Shown piece by piece: positions 52,940-64,000 of a stretch of 64,000 bases of DNA. Where the stretch lies: NCBI RefSeq assembly GCF_018350175.1, contig NC_058368.1:209004001-209068000 (forward strand), written 5' to 3'. This DNA comes from Felis catus. Lineage: Eukaryota. The notes under the pieces are model-generated. The model was given only the letters and a program-made list of their open reading frames with translations. It did no database searches and was not told the origin of the DNA. A program made the position numbers and the translations under genes. The stretch's first letter is position 1. Every line of letters begins with the position of its first letter.

Positions 52940-54520
52940 TAAGGAGCTTGTGTTTATGTGTGCTATACCTATGGGTGTTTACCAAAATACGCTTCAAAGC
53001 AAAAATTTTAAATATTTATTTACTCAATTGAGAATATTAATAAACTCATTACATGACAGTGTTTTTACAAAAAAAAAATATGAAAACCAAAATGTCTCAT
53101 GAGAATACAACACTTTCCCAAACTAACAAAAATAGTAAGAAATGTGGCACTGTTCAACATTTTTGCAAATCACTTTAAAGCGTGGCTTAGTAGAGAACAG
53201 TATTTAATCCTTTTACATTCAATCTGTTATATATGCTGTTCTGGTTAAATCACAAGGAAATCCATTACCCAGATGTGTAGTGGGGAAAAAGGAGTATTAT
53301 AACAGTGCTTTCAGATAGCTGTAGATATTCTTTGATACTATGCCAAAACTCAACAGGTGGTAGTTTTGTGAAAGTTAGTTGCAGTGTAGAATCTGAAACA
53401 ATGACAATATACTTTTTATATTCTTATATTAAAATCTATAGGTCAATTGTATATTCTGATTGGGTCCTTTAGCTGTGCACATTTATGTAATATCAGGTGC
53501 GGAAATTAACTTCAGCCATTTTCTGAAACTAATGTTTCAGAATCAATTAAAATGAAATCAATTAAATTTGATGAATTTAATAAAATGAATCAATGAATTT
53601 AATAAAATGAATCAATTAAAAATGAAAAAAAGAAAAATATTGGTCAATGGCTTATGCAAGTCCTCAAAATGTTGATACATTCATTGTACAATTGAACAAA
53701 AAAAAACACTCACTAATGTGATAACTGATCTCATTAAAGAAAAAAAAACTTTAGGTACTGAGAAGTTGTCAAGCTCAAAGAAGCATTTACAAAGTTCTAC
53801 ATTTTACTTGAAAGCTCAAATTTTATCATTGGACACAAATACTACCAACTGGTTTCCTTAAAATGACAAGTGACTTAGTTCATTTTTTTTTTTATAAAAT
53901 GTCTACCAAATGCCCAGTCTGAATGACCAGAATTTGTCTGTCAATAGTCCTTTTTAAGTAAAAGTGATGCTTCATGAAAAACCAACAGTTACCTCACAAC
54001 TGAGTCACACTCTGAAATGCAATACAGCACACTCTGAAATGCAATACAAGGACTTTGTATGTCCCCCCCCCTCCATTTTGTCACACAGAATAGTAAAGAT
54101 GTGCTCAAAGGTTGGGATTTAATAAAACTAATAATTTTTACCACTTTATCAAGGACACTCTTAAGTAAAAGTAGATTTTTTTTAAATTTTGAGTATGTGG
54201 CAGTAAATACAATGATTACTAATACCGTCTGTTGCCACTGTGAACCTCTTAAGTAATTGTTTTTGTTTTTTCTTAATTATGAGTGTGTGGCAGTAAATAC
54301 AATGATTACTAAAGCAGTCTGTTGCCCCTGCCTTGATGAAAGCCAAGATACCAGCAGTTTCACCCACCATTGCTTTGGTGTCATCAGCACAAATGTCAAC
54401 ACAATGAAAAGGCCAAATTATGCTTTACTGTTACTGTGGAAATAATTTCGACCTTATGGACCAGCTGAAAGGATCTCAAAGACCTCTGGTGGCCTACAGA
54501 TCATGCTATGAAAGTTGCTG
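52940..54520. mobile_element. Charlie1-like hAT DNA transposon relic
   Basis: catttttgcaaatc..., ttctttgatactatgccaaaactcaacaggtggtagt, tgagaagttgtcaagctca; decayed terminus agatcatgctatgaaagttgctg. Confidence 0.8.
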
Positions 54521-54699
54521 TTGCAAACCACTGTTTCATTCAGCATCATCTCCCATATAATGTGTTTACATTAGAGAATTTGTCACATATATTTGATGTT
54601 ATCCAATAGCCAGCCATAGTAAATACATTCTAATTGATGATGCTAGTCTCCTACATCCAAGAGAAGTTATGTGAAAAGGGCTCTACAAGATTTTCACAA

Positions 54700-54815
54700 C
54701 TGTGGGTTGAGGTGCTTGCTCTACCACTGGCTAACTATCTATGTGACCTTGGGTGTGTCACTTCTCTGAGCATCAAGCTTCCTATCAGCAAAAGAAGGTA
54801 AGAGCTGGAATAGCT
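54700..54815 (+). mobile_element. MIR fragment
   Basis: gctctaccact...atgtgaccttgggtgtgtcacttctctgagcatcaagcttcct. Confidence 0.65.
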
Positions 54816-55004
54816 CAGTGATTCTCACTTCAGGGGTGGGTAGCATATGGAGATGAAAACCAGGTTCCCTACAGACGATGAGCAGTGTTACTGATGGGAG
54901 TATGTTTCATATTTGAAAACCCTCCAGTCAGAAAAAAGAACCACTTAACCTAACAGTATGAAAGTCATTCATTATAAAAGTTTTAGAATATGGTTATAAC
55001 TGCT

Positions 55005-55845
55005 CTCACCTTTGCCCATCCAATTTACTCTCCATAGAGATGCTAGAGTAATTGTTTTTAACGTAAATCTGATTGTGTCACTGCCCTGCTTAAAATTCTT
55101 TAACCTCTTGTATGTAGTTGCCCTTGGAATAAAATCCAAATGTATTCAAAATGGTCTACAAGGCCCTGCATGGTTTGGCCTCCGTCTACTTCAGCAAATT
55201 CATCTCATGCTGCTCTCCATCTTGCTCTACTTTAGTGATGCTGGTTTCTGTCAGTTTCCATAACAGGTATTTCAATGTAATGTCTCCTCTGTCTTGGATG
55301 GCATCCTCCTCTCTCTGCCTACCAATAACCATTCACCTTTCATATCTCAGCTTAAACATTATGTCCTCAGAGAAGTACATTCTGACTCTCCAGTCTACTT
55401 TAGGTCTTCCTTAAATATTGCTCCTTCATAGCACCATGCATACTTTAAAAATTTTTTTTTTCGTTTATTTATTTTTGGGACAGAGAGAGACAGAGCATGA
55501 ATGGGGGAGGGGCAGAGAGAGAGGGAGACACAGAATTGGAAACAGGCTCCAGGCTCTGAGCCATCAGCCCAGAGCCCGACGCGGGGCTCGAACTCACGGA
55601 CCGCGAGATCGTGACCTGGCTGAAGTCGGACGCTTAACCGACTGCGCCACCCAGGCGCCCCAGCCATGCATACTTTTAATTATTCACTTAATTATTTACT
55701 TTTAATTGCTTGCTTAATTGTCAATTATTATGTAAGTATTATCACTGTATTATAAATTGTATAAGAGCAAGAACTACTTCATTTATCCACAGTCTTGCTG
55801 AGGCTGAGCACATGGTAGGTTGTCAATAAATATTTGTTGGTTAAT
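55005..55845 (+). mobile_element. L2 3' portion interrupted by a SINE
   Basis: aatctgattgtgtcactgccctgcttaaaa...ggtctacaaggccctgcatg...caataaatatttgttgg. Confidence 0.8.
55447..55661 (-). mobile_element. Young felid SINEC subfamily copy
   Basis: TSD ccatgcatacttt at 55434-55446 and 55664-55676. Confidence 0.95.
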
Positions 55846-57200
55846 AGACAAACCAATGGTTTTACAACAATAACAGAACGGAATTAAGAATGTTAAAAGC
55901 TGTGTATTTGCAAATGATATATTTTCCTGTGGAAAAAATTAATTAACATAATGGCTTACAAAAAAGAATTATCTTCAGCCTATGTGGGACATATAAGTAA
56001 GACTGCCTAGGTAAGATAAAGAATGCTAACTACAACACAGTTTTGTAATACAAACCAGAAGCTGCCCTACTTCTGTCCTATTTTAAAAAAGCTCTGTAAC
56101 CAAATTTTTGTTGAAATATAATCAGCGAGCCTCATCTCCTCCATGAAGACACAGCTATTGATGATATTGCAAGACTTCAGTGACTATAGGAAGTGTTGTC
56201 AAACAAGTCTGTGCGAGTCGTATTGATAGGTTAGTACAGCTTTCCAAAAATATCATGTTTTATTCTAATTAATAGAACCCAACCCATTAAGGCCTGTAAT
56301 TAGTAATTTATGAGATCCTTGTATTTAAGTCTATCTTATTACTACTGTAAGAATCAAAAAAGTGTTATCAAAGGAAAAGTAAACTATTTTCACTTGGAGC
56401 ACTTCTTAAAAACCAGTAACAAAAGCTAACATTTTCATCAAGGCACAAGAAAGGATAGTTTATAAGACAGAAATAGCTTTACAATGTCATGTAAACTTAC
56501 AAGGTTTAGAAAGAGGCAACTGAAAAGGGCACATTATTATTCACACTTCCTTGCAAAGTTCCTGTTAACTTGCCACCCTAACTTCATGAACCTGTCAATA
56601 CAAAGCTGAAAAGATGAGGTGACAATTTTTTCGAAGTAGGAAATGGATTCAACAGGTCTCTGGCATAACAGCAAAGATCCTGAAACAAAATACATGTAAA
56701 TTTGCCATGCAGCTACAGAAACTTGGGAAAAGAAATGGAAAGGATAATTTAAAAAAGAAAAAGCACCTGTAGCCAAGTATTTCAGGAAAAGTTGGAGAAC
56801 CAAAACAAAGAAAAACTTTAAGTTTAATTACAAGTTTTAACAATTGCAAAATCCACAGTATGGAAATACCTTTAACCCCATTCCTGCAACTACATTCAAT
56901 TCATCAATTTTCACAGGAATAACATTCTTCTTCGTATACAAGTACTCCATACATGGCCAACAAGGCCACCACACACCAGAGTACTGCCATATTAGTCATA
57001 CATGCGGATTCATTTAGTCATTTAGTCATGCATGGTTGTACTGAGGCTACCTTGCTTGACCTAGAAATCCCCAGAAGAAATTCAAACTACTCTCTATTCT
57101 TATTCTCAGGTAACGCACACCTAGAGATGCCAGTAAACAAGCAGAGCCTTCAATGTTGGAGACATCCACATTCTTCTTTAAAATTAAGTATAGAAATGAA

Positions 57201-57416
57201 GGGTGCCTGGGTAGCTCAGTCGGTTAAGCATCCAACTTCAGCTCAGGTCATGATCTCACAGCTCCTGGGTTCGAGCCCCGCTCAGGCTCTGTGCTAATAG
57301 CTCAGAGCCTGGAGCCTGCTTTGGATTCTGTGTCTCCCTCTCTCTCTACCCTTCCCCTGCTCGTGCTCTCTCTTTCAAAAAGAAACATTAAAAATAAATA
57401 AAAATAAAAAATAAAA
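57201..57416 (+). mobile_element. SINEC
   Basis: TSD tagaaatgaa on both sides. Confidence 0.9.
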
Positions 57417-57964
57417 ATAGAAATGAATAAATATCTTAAAATAAAAATAGAAATGAATAAATATCTTAAAAACTGAACTGATGTAACAGAGATATACTGA
57501 TAAAATTGATGGTTTCATATGGATTTCAAGACAAATTTAAAAAATACTAAAGAGCATTCTCCATAGTTTACAATTCCTACAGTATTGTTCACCACTAATG
57601 TTCCTATAGCCAGATTAAGTTACTGATTAACAACTATGAAAAGCATACAAATAAAACCTAACAAACTTGGACTTAAACTTTCCCTCAACATTGTTGAAGG
57701 TGTGAACCTCTTACCCTTGTTACATATGGCAATATAATATACATTAGCAAATTCTGTACAAAAATTATATAAACTTACATCAAGAATAATGTGACATTAA
57801 ATATTTTTATAATTCCTGGAGATATGAGATAAAATTTTATGCTATAAGCATGACAAAAAACATAACCTGAGGAAGTTGAAAGTACTGGGAAAACTATCAA
57901 TCAAAGGCTTTCCAAGCAAAATAAAAGCTTGAAAATTAAAATGTATATAAAATTAAAATGCTTA

Positions 57965-58186
57965 GGGCACCTGGGTGGGTCAGTTGGTTAAGTGTCCGAC
58001 TTCAGCTCAGGTCATGATCATCTCGCCATTCATGAGTTTGAGCCCCGCATCAGGCTCTGTGCTGACAGCTCAGAGCCTAGAATCTGCTTCAGATTTTGTG
58101 TCTGCCTCTCTCTCACTCTGCCCCTCCTCCACTCGCACTCTGTCTCTCTCTCTCGAAAATAAATTAAAACATTAAGAAAAATTTTT
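57965..58186 (+). mobile_element. SINEC
   Basis: TSD aaatgctta at 57956-57964 and 58187-58195. Confidence 0.9.
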
Positions 58187-58384
58187 AAATGCTTAATTAT
58201 AAATAACTTTTGCCTATTCAGTAAATTCAACTTCCCTACTAATATTTTGTTAGCTTATTTTGTTACAGAATATGAATGACATTATATCTCAATTTTTTTA
58301 AAAAGGGTATAAATGAATAATAATTCCACATGCATTTAATTAATAACACTAAAAGACTGTGCTCTAGTTTTCTCAGACACAATT

Positions 58385-58602
58385 AAAAATTATTTTTTTT
58401 AGCGTTTATTTATTTTTGAGACAGACAGAGACAGAGCATGAACGGGGAGGGTCTGAGAGAGAGGGAGACATAGAATCTGAAACGGGCTCCAGGCTCTGAG
58501 CTATCAGCACAGAGCCTGACTCAGGGCTCGAACTCATGAACCCTGAGATCATGACCTGAGCCGAAGTCGGACGCTTAACAGATTGAGCCAGTCAGGCACC
58601 CC
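58385..58602 (-). mobile_element. SINEC
   Basis: Reverse SINEC; tcagaca on both sides. Confidence 0.9.
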
Positions 58603-59280
58603 TTTTCAGACATTATATATTAGGTTCATTAGCAGGTCAAATTATGTCACCAGAAACACAGTGATAGATAAGTCATCTCTAAAGCATGAAGATTCTCCTC
58701 TGCCTTTAGTCTCTACTACTTTAGACCAGCATCCAATTACTGTAAATCACCACAAAACCAAAATACTGTAGAATTACAGTAGAATTACAATTTTTAAATC
58801 TCTAGGCTGTTTTTGATGTAGTATTTTCAAATTACTTCAAAATATCTGATTATATAAAGCTCTATTTTACACTCTCAGCAATCCCTAAGGTAAAACTAGT
58901 TCTAGAGTTCCAAATATTGGATGGTTCTCAATAATTGTCAATTTCACTTTTCAGTTAAAATGTTTCCAGGATTCTTAGTGTCAAAGTATTATGTTTCATG
59001 ATAGAAACTGAGAACATTGACATTTTTCCACTTAAAAGAGATTACAAACAAAAAACAAAATCTAACCAAAGTCTTCTCTGTGACAAATTAACTCACGTAA
59101 AAATTAACAAAAATTCTTTCCATAATTAATCAAAGATTATAAATGCGGACAATAACTTTAAAGATTCTATGCTTGAACTAAAGGCAGTGGTTTAAAATTA
59201 CAATGATCACACATTAATCTGAATGGCAGTCTTTATAGGAAACTACAAGCCTTAATTCTAAGTTCTAAACTTGTCCTTTT

Positions 59281-59427
59281 TTTTTTTTTAAAGTAGGTTC
59301 AGCGTGGAACCCAACACAGGACTTGAACTCACAACCCAGATCAAGATCTCACAACCCAGATCAAGAACTCACAACCCAGATCAAGCAAGAGTCGGACACT
59401 TAACAGACTGAGCCACCTAGGTGCCCC
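59281..59427 (-). mobile_element. Short SINEC form with an internal 20-bp triplication
   Basis: TSD aaacttg(t/a)cctttt at 59267-59280 and 59429-59442. Confidence 0.85.
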
Positions 59428-60154
59428 AAAACTTGACCTTTTAAAGAATCTGTCCTGGCAGCTCTGCATTGGGTTATTATTATTACTTCAAAATCTTACG
59501 GACTTTTTACCTACTGTGTGTTTCTCAATATAACAAATAAAATAGAGCTGAGTAAATGCAAACCATTTTAAGAGGAACTTATACAAACCAAATAAATTTG
59601 TGATAAAATTAAAAGAAGATGTACATATTTCTTCCATCCAAGCCTACAGAGAAAGTTTGTCAATAGAAGCTAAATCAAACACCAAAATGTGAACATCTCA
59701 ATTATAATAGTAATTCGAGAATGGATTCTCATACTCTCAGAACTCTTGAAAAAAAAAAGAGCTTCAAAAAGTGGTAAATTTTGTCTTTTATTATAAGCAA
59801 TTTCACCATTATCAGCAATTAACACTTTCAGGATTTAGGCTCTAGTGCTAAATCCTAATTAATTTTTCAACAAAGTTATCTGTTTCATGTAAAATTTCTG
59901 TTAACAAATGCTTTAAAAATATTACATAGATAAATTTCTCATTACCCACACAATGAAAGTGAAATCAAAGCTATTAATTTTTAAAATGATGGTAGCTGTT
60001 GAAACAGATAATTTAAAAAGCATGCTTATTTAAAATGAAAACGTATGACAGTATATTAGAGAATAATTAGAATTAGATTTTAAAAATCAAAGAATTAAAT
60101 TAGATAAAAGCAATACCAGATACTGCAGCAACATGACTTAAACAGTGTATTCCC

Positions 60155-60255
60155 TCTTTTTATTGAGGTATATAATTAACATTACATTAGTTTCAGACAT
60201 ATAAGGATTCGTTATTTGTATCTATTGCAAAACGATTACTACAGTAAGCCTAGTG
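60155..60255 (-). mobile_element. L1 extreme 3' end fragment
   Basis: ttttattgaggtatataattaac...tagtttcag...tattgcaaaacgattactacagtaagcctagt. Confidence 0.65.
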
Positions 60256-61037
60256 TAAAAAGAGTACACTGTTTCTATGAGAAATCACCAAAAAGGAACC
60301 ATTAAAAATATAACCACCACCTTACTTATTTGGGAGCATGGACACTACAAAACTCCACCCAGAACCAGAAAGGAAGCAAGAAAAAGTCTCCCGGAAGCCA
60401 AATATGGCAAAAATTAATGTGCTAACAACAAAAAATCATACACTACACAAATTGCTTATTTCATCTTCTTCTGTACAAATTCTAAAAAACTTGGACCACC
60501 CTACCCCTACCCCAGTCCCAGCCCACAGCTTACTGGAAACAAACAACTGAGAGAAACTGAGGTATTTATATAGGCTGTCACACCAACAGCAGCAAGAAGC
60601 AATGATTAACAGAAAGGGAAAACCAAAATAGCAGTCAAGAACTCTAAAAGCTGTAGATAGGCCTATATATGCCAAGACCTTGTAAAACATTTTATATCAC
60701 AATGTAATAATTTATACATTATAAAGATGTTAAATGATATTGAAAATGTTTTTAATAATATAGGAAGCTAAAAGTTTTTTTTTTTAGGTTTCCCAAACAA
60801 AAGATACTTAAAATAGAAAAAAAAAAAGTTTGAGTTATAGAAAACGGATCCATTTATATGAATCACTGTTCCTTAGAGAATTTTATAATTATATTTACAC
60901 GTTATTGATTATAAAAATTGAAACCTGCCTAGCAGCCTTGCAGCAAAAGCCCGTGAGATCTAACATGCCCCACATAGGCTCTCAAAAAGGAGATGCTCAT
61001 CAAGATGTGAGAAAAACTCTAAGAAAAACTAAAGACT

Positions 61038-61955
61038 GGAAGATGGCCGCATAGGAGGACGCTGGGCTCACCGCGCGTCCTGCTGATCACTTAGATTCCA
61101 CCTATACCTGCCTAAATAACCCAGAAAACCACCAGAAGATTAGCAGAACGGAGTCTCCGGAGCCAAGCGCACAAGAGAGGACCACGGAAGAGGGTAGGAA
61201 GGGCAGCGAGGCGGTGCGCGCTCCATGGACTGGCGGGAGGGAGCTGGGGCGGAGGGGCCTGCCCGCCCTCCAAGCGGAGCCCCCGAGTCTGGCTGGAGGA
61301 AGCAGAAGGGCCCCACGGAGTGTGTTCGGACAGCCAGCGGGGCTTGACATCTGGAAGGTTATAAGCTAACAGCTCTGCTGGGAGAACAGGAGGGCTGGAG
61401 AACAACGGGAGGGAGAGTTGTTCAGCCCCGGACGACAGAGCTCAGCTTGGTGGGGAACAAAGGCGCTCGCCAGCGCCATCTCCCTCGCCCATACCCCAGC
61501 CAAAATCCCAAAGGGAACCAGTTCCTGCCAGGGAACTTGGTTGCACCGCGCAAACACCCAACGCTGTGCTTCTGCAGATCCATCCCTCCGGCGGGTCTGA
61601 CTCCCTCCTGGTGCTGCAGGGCCCCTCCCGAAGCGGATCTCCAAAGGAAAAGCAAGCTGAGCCTGCCCCACCCGCCCCTGTGCACCTTGCAGATCCACCC
61701 CAGCTAATACGCCAGATCCCCAGCACCACAAGCCTGGCAGTGTGCAAGTAGCCCAGACAGGCCACACCACCCCACAGTGAATCCCGCCTCTAGGAGAGGG
61801 GAAGAGAAGGCACACACCAGTCTGACTGTGGCCCCAGCGGTGGGCTGGGGGCAGACATCAGGTCTGACTGCGGCCCCGCCCACCAAAGCAAGTTATGCAA
61901 GACAGCACAGGGGAAGTGCCCCCGAAGTCTCACACCACTTCAGGGACTATCCAAA
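61038..61955 (+). promoter_or_regulatory. L1 5'UTR internal promoter with YY1-type site aagatggccg (61040-61049)
   Basis: Only extended CpG-rich stretch in the window; AAGATGGCC at the extreme 5' end matches the known L1 YY1 site. Confidence 0.75.
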
Positions 61956-62846
61956 ATGACAAAATGGAAGAATTCCCCTCAGAAAAACGTCCAGGAAATA
62001 ATGACAGCTAACGAACTGATCAAAAATGATTTAAACAATATAACAGAAAGTGAATTTAGAATAATAGTCATAAAATTAATCGCTGGGCTTGAAAACAGTA
62101 TAAAGGACAGCAGAGAATCTCTTGCTACAGAGATCAAGGGACTAAGGAACAGCCAGGAGGAGCTAAAAAATGCTATCAATGAACTGCAAAATAAAATGGA
62201 GACAACTACAGCTCGGATTGAAGAGGCAGAGGAGAGAATAGGTGAACTAGAAGATAAAGTTATGGAAAAAGAAGAAGCTGAGAAAAAGAGAGATAAAAAT
62301 ATCCAGGAATATGAGGGGAAAATTAGAGAACTAAGTGATGCACTAAAGAGAAATAATCTACGCATACTTGGTATTCCAGAGGAGGAAGAGAGAGGGAAAG
62401 GTGCTGAAGGTGTACTTGAAATAACAGCTGAGAACTTCCCGGATCTGGGGAAGGAAAAAGGCATTGAAATCCAAGAGGCACAGAGAACTCCCTTCAGACG
62501 TAACTTGAATCGATCTTCTGCACGACGTATCATAGTGAAACTGGCAAAATACAAGGATAAAGAGAAAATTCTGAAAGGAGCTAGAGATAAACGTGCTCTA
62601 ACATATAAAGGGAGACCTATAAGACTTGTGACCGATCTCTCTACTGAAACTTGGCAGGCCAGAAAGGGATGGCAGGAGATCTTCAATGTGATGAACAGAA
62701 AAAATATGCAGCCGAGAGTCTTTTATCCAGCAAGTCTGTCATTTAGAATAGAAGGAGAGATAAAGGTCTTCCCAAACAAACAAAAACTGAAGGAATTCAT
62801 CACCACTAAACGAGCCTTACAAGAGATCCTAAGGGGGATTCTGTGA
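61956..62846 (+). CDS. L1 ORF1p (RNA-binding coiled-coil/RRM/CTD protein), open, 296 aa
   Basis: ATG to TGA uninterrupted; motifs RNNLRILGIPE, IQEAQRTP, YKGRPIRL, YPASLSF. Confidence 0.92.
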   Translation: MTKWKNSPQKNVQEIMTANELIKNDLNNITESEFRIIVIKLIAGLENSIKDSRESLATEIKGLRNSQEELKNAINELQNKMETTTARIEEAEERIGELEDKVMEKEEAEKKRDKNIQEYEGKIRELSDALKRNNLRILGIPEEEERGKGAEGVLEITAENFPDLGKEKGIEIQEAQRTPFRRNLNRSSARRIIVKLAKYKDKEKILKGARDKRALTYKGRPIRLVTDLSTETWQARKGWQEIFNVMNRKNMQPRVFYPASLSFRIEGEIKVFPNKQKLKEFITTKRALQEILRGIL

Positions 62847-62895
62847 GACAAAGTACAGAGACATCACTACAAGCATGAAACCTACAGACATTACA

Positions 62896-64000
62896 ATGAC
62901 TCTAAACCCATATCTTCCTATAATAACACTGAATGTAAATGGACTAAATGCGCCAACCAAAAGACATAGGGTATCTAGGGTATCAGAATGGATTAAAAAA
63001 ACAAGACCCATCTATTTGCTGTCTACAGGAGACTCATTTTAGACCTGAGGACACCTTCAGATTGAGAGTGAGGGGATGGAGAACTATTTATCATGCCACT
63101 GGAAGTCTAAAGAAACCTGGAGTAGCCATACATGTATCAGACAAACTAGACTTTAAATTAAAGGCTGTAACAAGAGATGAAGAAGGACATTATATAATAG
63201 TTACAGGGTCTATCCATCAGGAAGAGCTAACAATTATAAATGTCTATGCGCCAAATATGGGAGCCCCCAAATATATAAAACAATTACTCACAAACATAAG
63301 CAACCTTATTGATAAGAATGTGGTAATTGCAGGGGACTTTAACACCCCACTTACAGAAATGGATAGATCATCTAGACACACGGTCAATAAAGAAACAAGG
63401 GCCCTGTATGATACATTGGATCAGATGGACTTGACAGATATATTTAGAACTCTGCATCCCAAAGCAACAGAATATACTTTCTTCTCGAGTGCACATGGAA
63501 CATTCTCCAAGATAGATCACATACTGGGTCACAAAACAGCCCTTCATAAGTATACAAGAATTGAAATCATACCATGCATACTTTCAGACCACAATGCTAT
63601 GAAGCTTGAAATCAACCACAGGAAAAAGTCTGGAAAACCTCCCAAAGCATAGAGGTTAAAGAACACCCTACTAAAGAATGAATGGGTCAACCAGGCGATT
63701 AGAGAAGAAATTAAAAAATATATGGAAACAAACGAAAATGAAAATACAACAATTCAAACGCTTTGGGATGCAGCGAAGGCAGTCCTGAGAGGAAAATACA
63801 TTGCAATCCAGGCCTATCTCAAGAAACAAGAAAAATCCCAAATACAAAATCTAACAGCACACCTAAAGGAAATAGAAGCAGAACAGCAAAGGAAGCCTAA
63901 ACCCAGCAGAAGAAGAGAAATAATAAAGATCAGAGCAGAAATAAACAATATAGAATCTAAAAAAACTGCAGAGCAGATCAACGAAACCAAGAGTTGGTTT
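62896..64000 (+). pseudogene. L1 ORF2 (APE endonuclease domain onward), disrupted
   Basis: MTLNPYLPIITLNVNGLNAP..., CCLQETH, GDFNTPL, SKIDH, SDHN; +1 A at 62995-63001 and TAG at 63650-63652; open from there to the window end. Confidence 0.92.

Larger units (their letters stand above)
5601..64000 (-). other. WDR70: Large WDR70 intron upstream of the exon (at least 58 kb)
   Basis: Ends at the AG acceptor (5601-5602). Preceding exon (expected to end ...EFMTCSND) not found by eye; region is repeat dominated. Confidence 0.7.
61038..64000 (+). mobile_element. Young 5'-intact felid L1 (runs off window), antisense to WDR70
   Basis: GC/CpG-rich 5'UTR 61038-61955, ORF1, short spacer, ORF2 endonuclease; A-rich target aagaaaaactaaagact immediately upstream. 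Confidence 0.96.

Noticed and set aside
59325..59384. CRISPR-like repeat array
   Set aside because: Direct tandem units without spacers, inside a mammalian SINE.
61102..61886. Antisense ORFs in the L1 5'UTR as an ORF0 analogue
   Set aside because: The longest ones (149 and 97 aa) start at GTG/TTG, GC-rich DNA is stop-poor, and ORF0 is described for primates; no supporting signal.
61979..62686. 235-aa antisense ORF
   Set aside because: Shadow of L1 ORF1 codon structure.

Overview
AT-rich mammalian DNA, almost certainly felid (diagnostic CAN-SINE/SINEC and cat-type L1). The window lies inside WDR70 on the minus strand. One 175-bp internal coding exon (5426-5600, canonical AG/GT) is the only host coding sequence I could find. 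The rest is intron dominated by interspersed repeats: about 28 SINEC copies (four from a very young subfamily), L1s of several ages, L2, MIR, MaLR/ERVL LTRs, MER3 and Charlie1-like DNA transposons, and microsatellites. A 5'-intact young L1 begins at about 61038, with an open ORF1 and a disrupted ORF2. Almost all ORF-track entries are repeat-derived or spurious. I found no convincing new biological system. The best second-look items concern retrotransposon mechanics: an apparent old/young/old chimeric L1, two cases of SINEs stacked at one target site (triple TSD), inverted SINE pairs around the exon, and microsatellites arising at the same L1 position. Repeat subfamily names and old-repeat boundaries are by eye and approximate.
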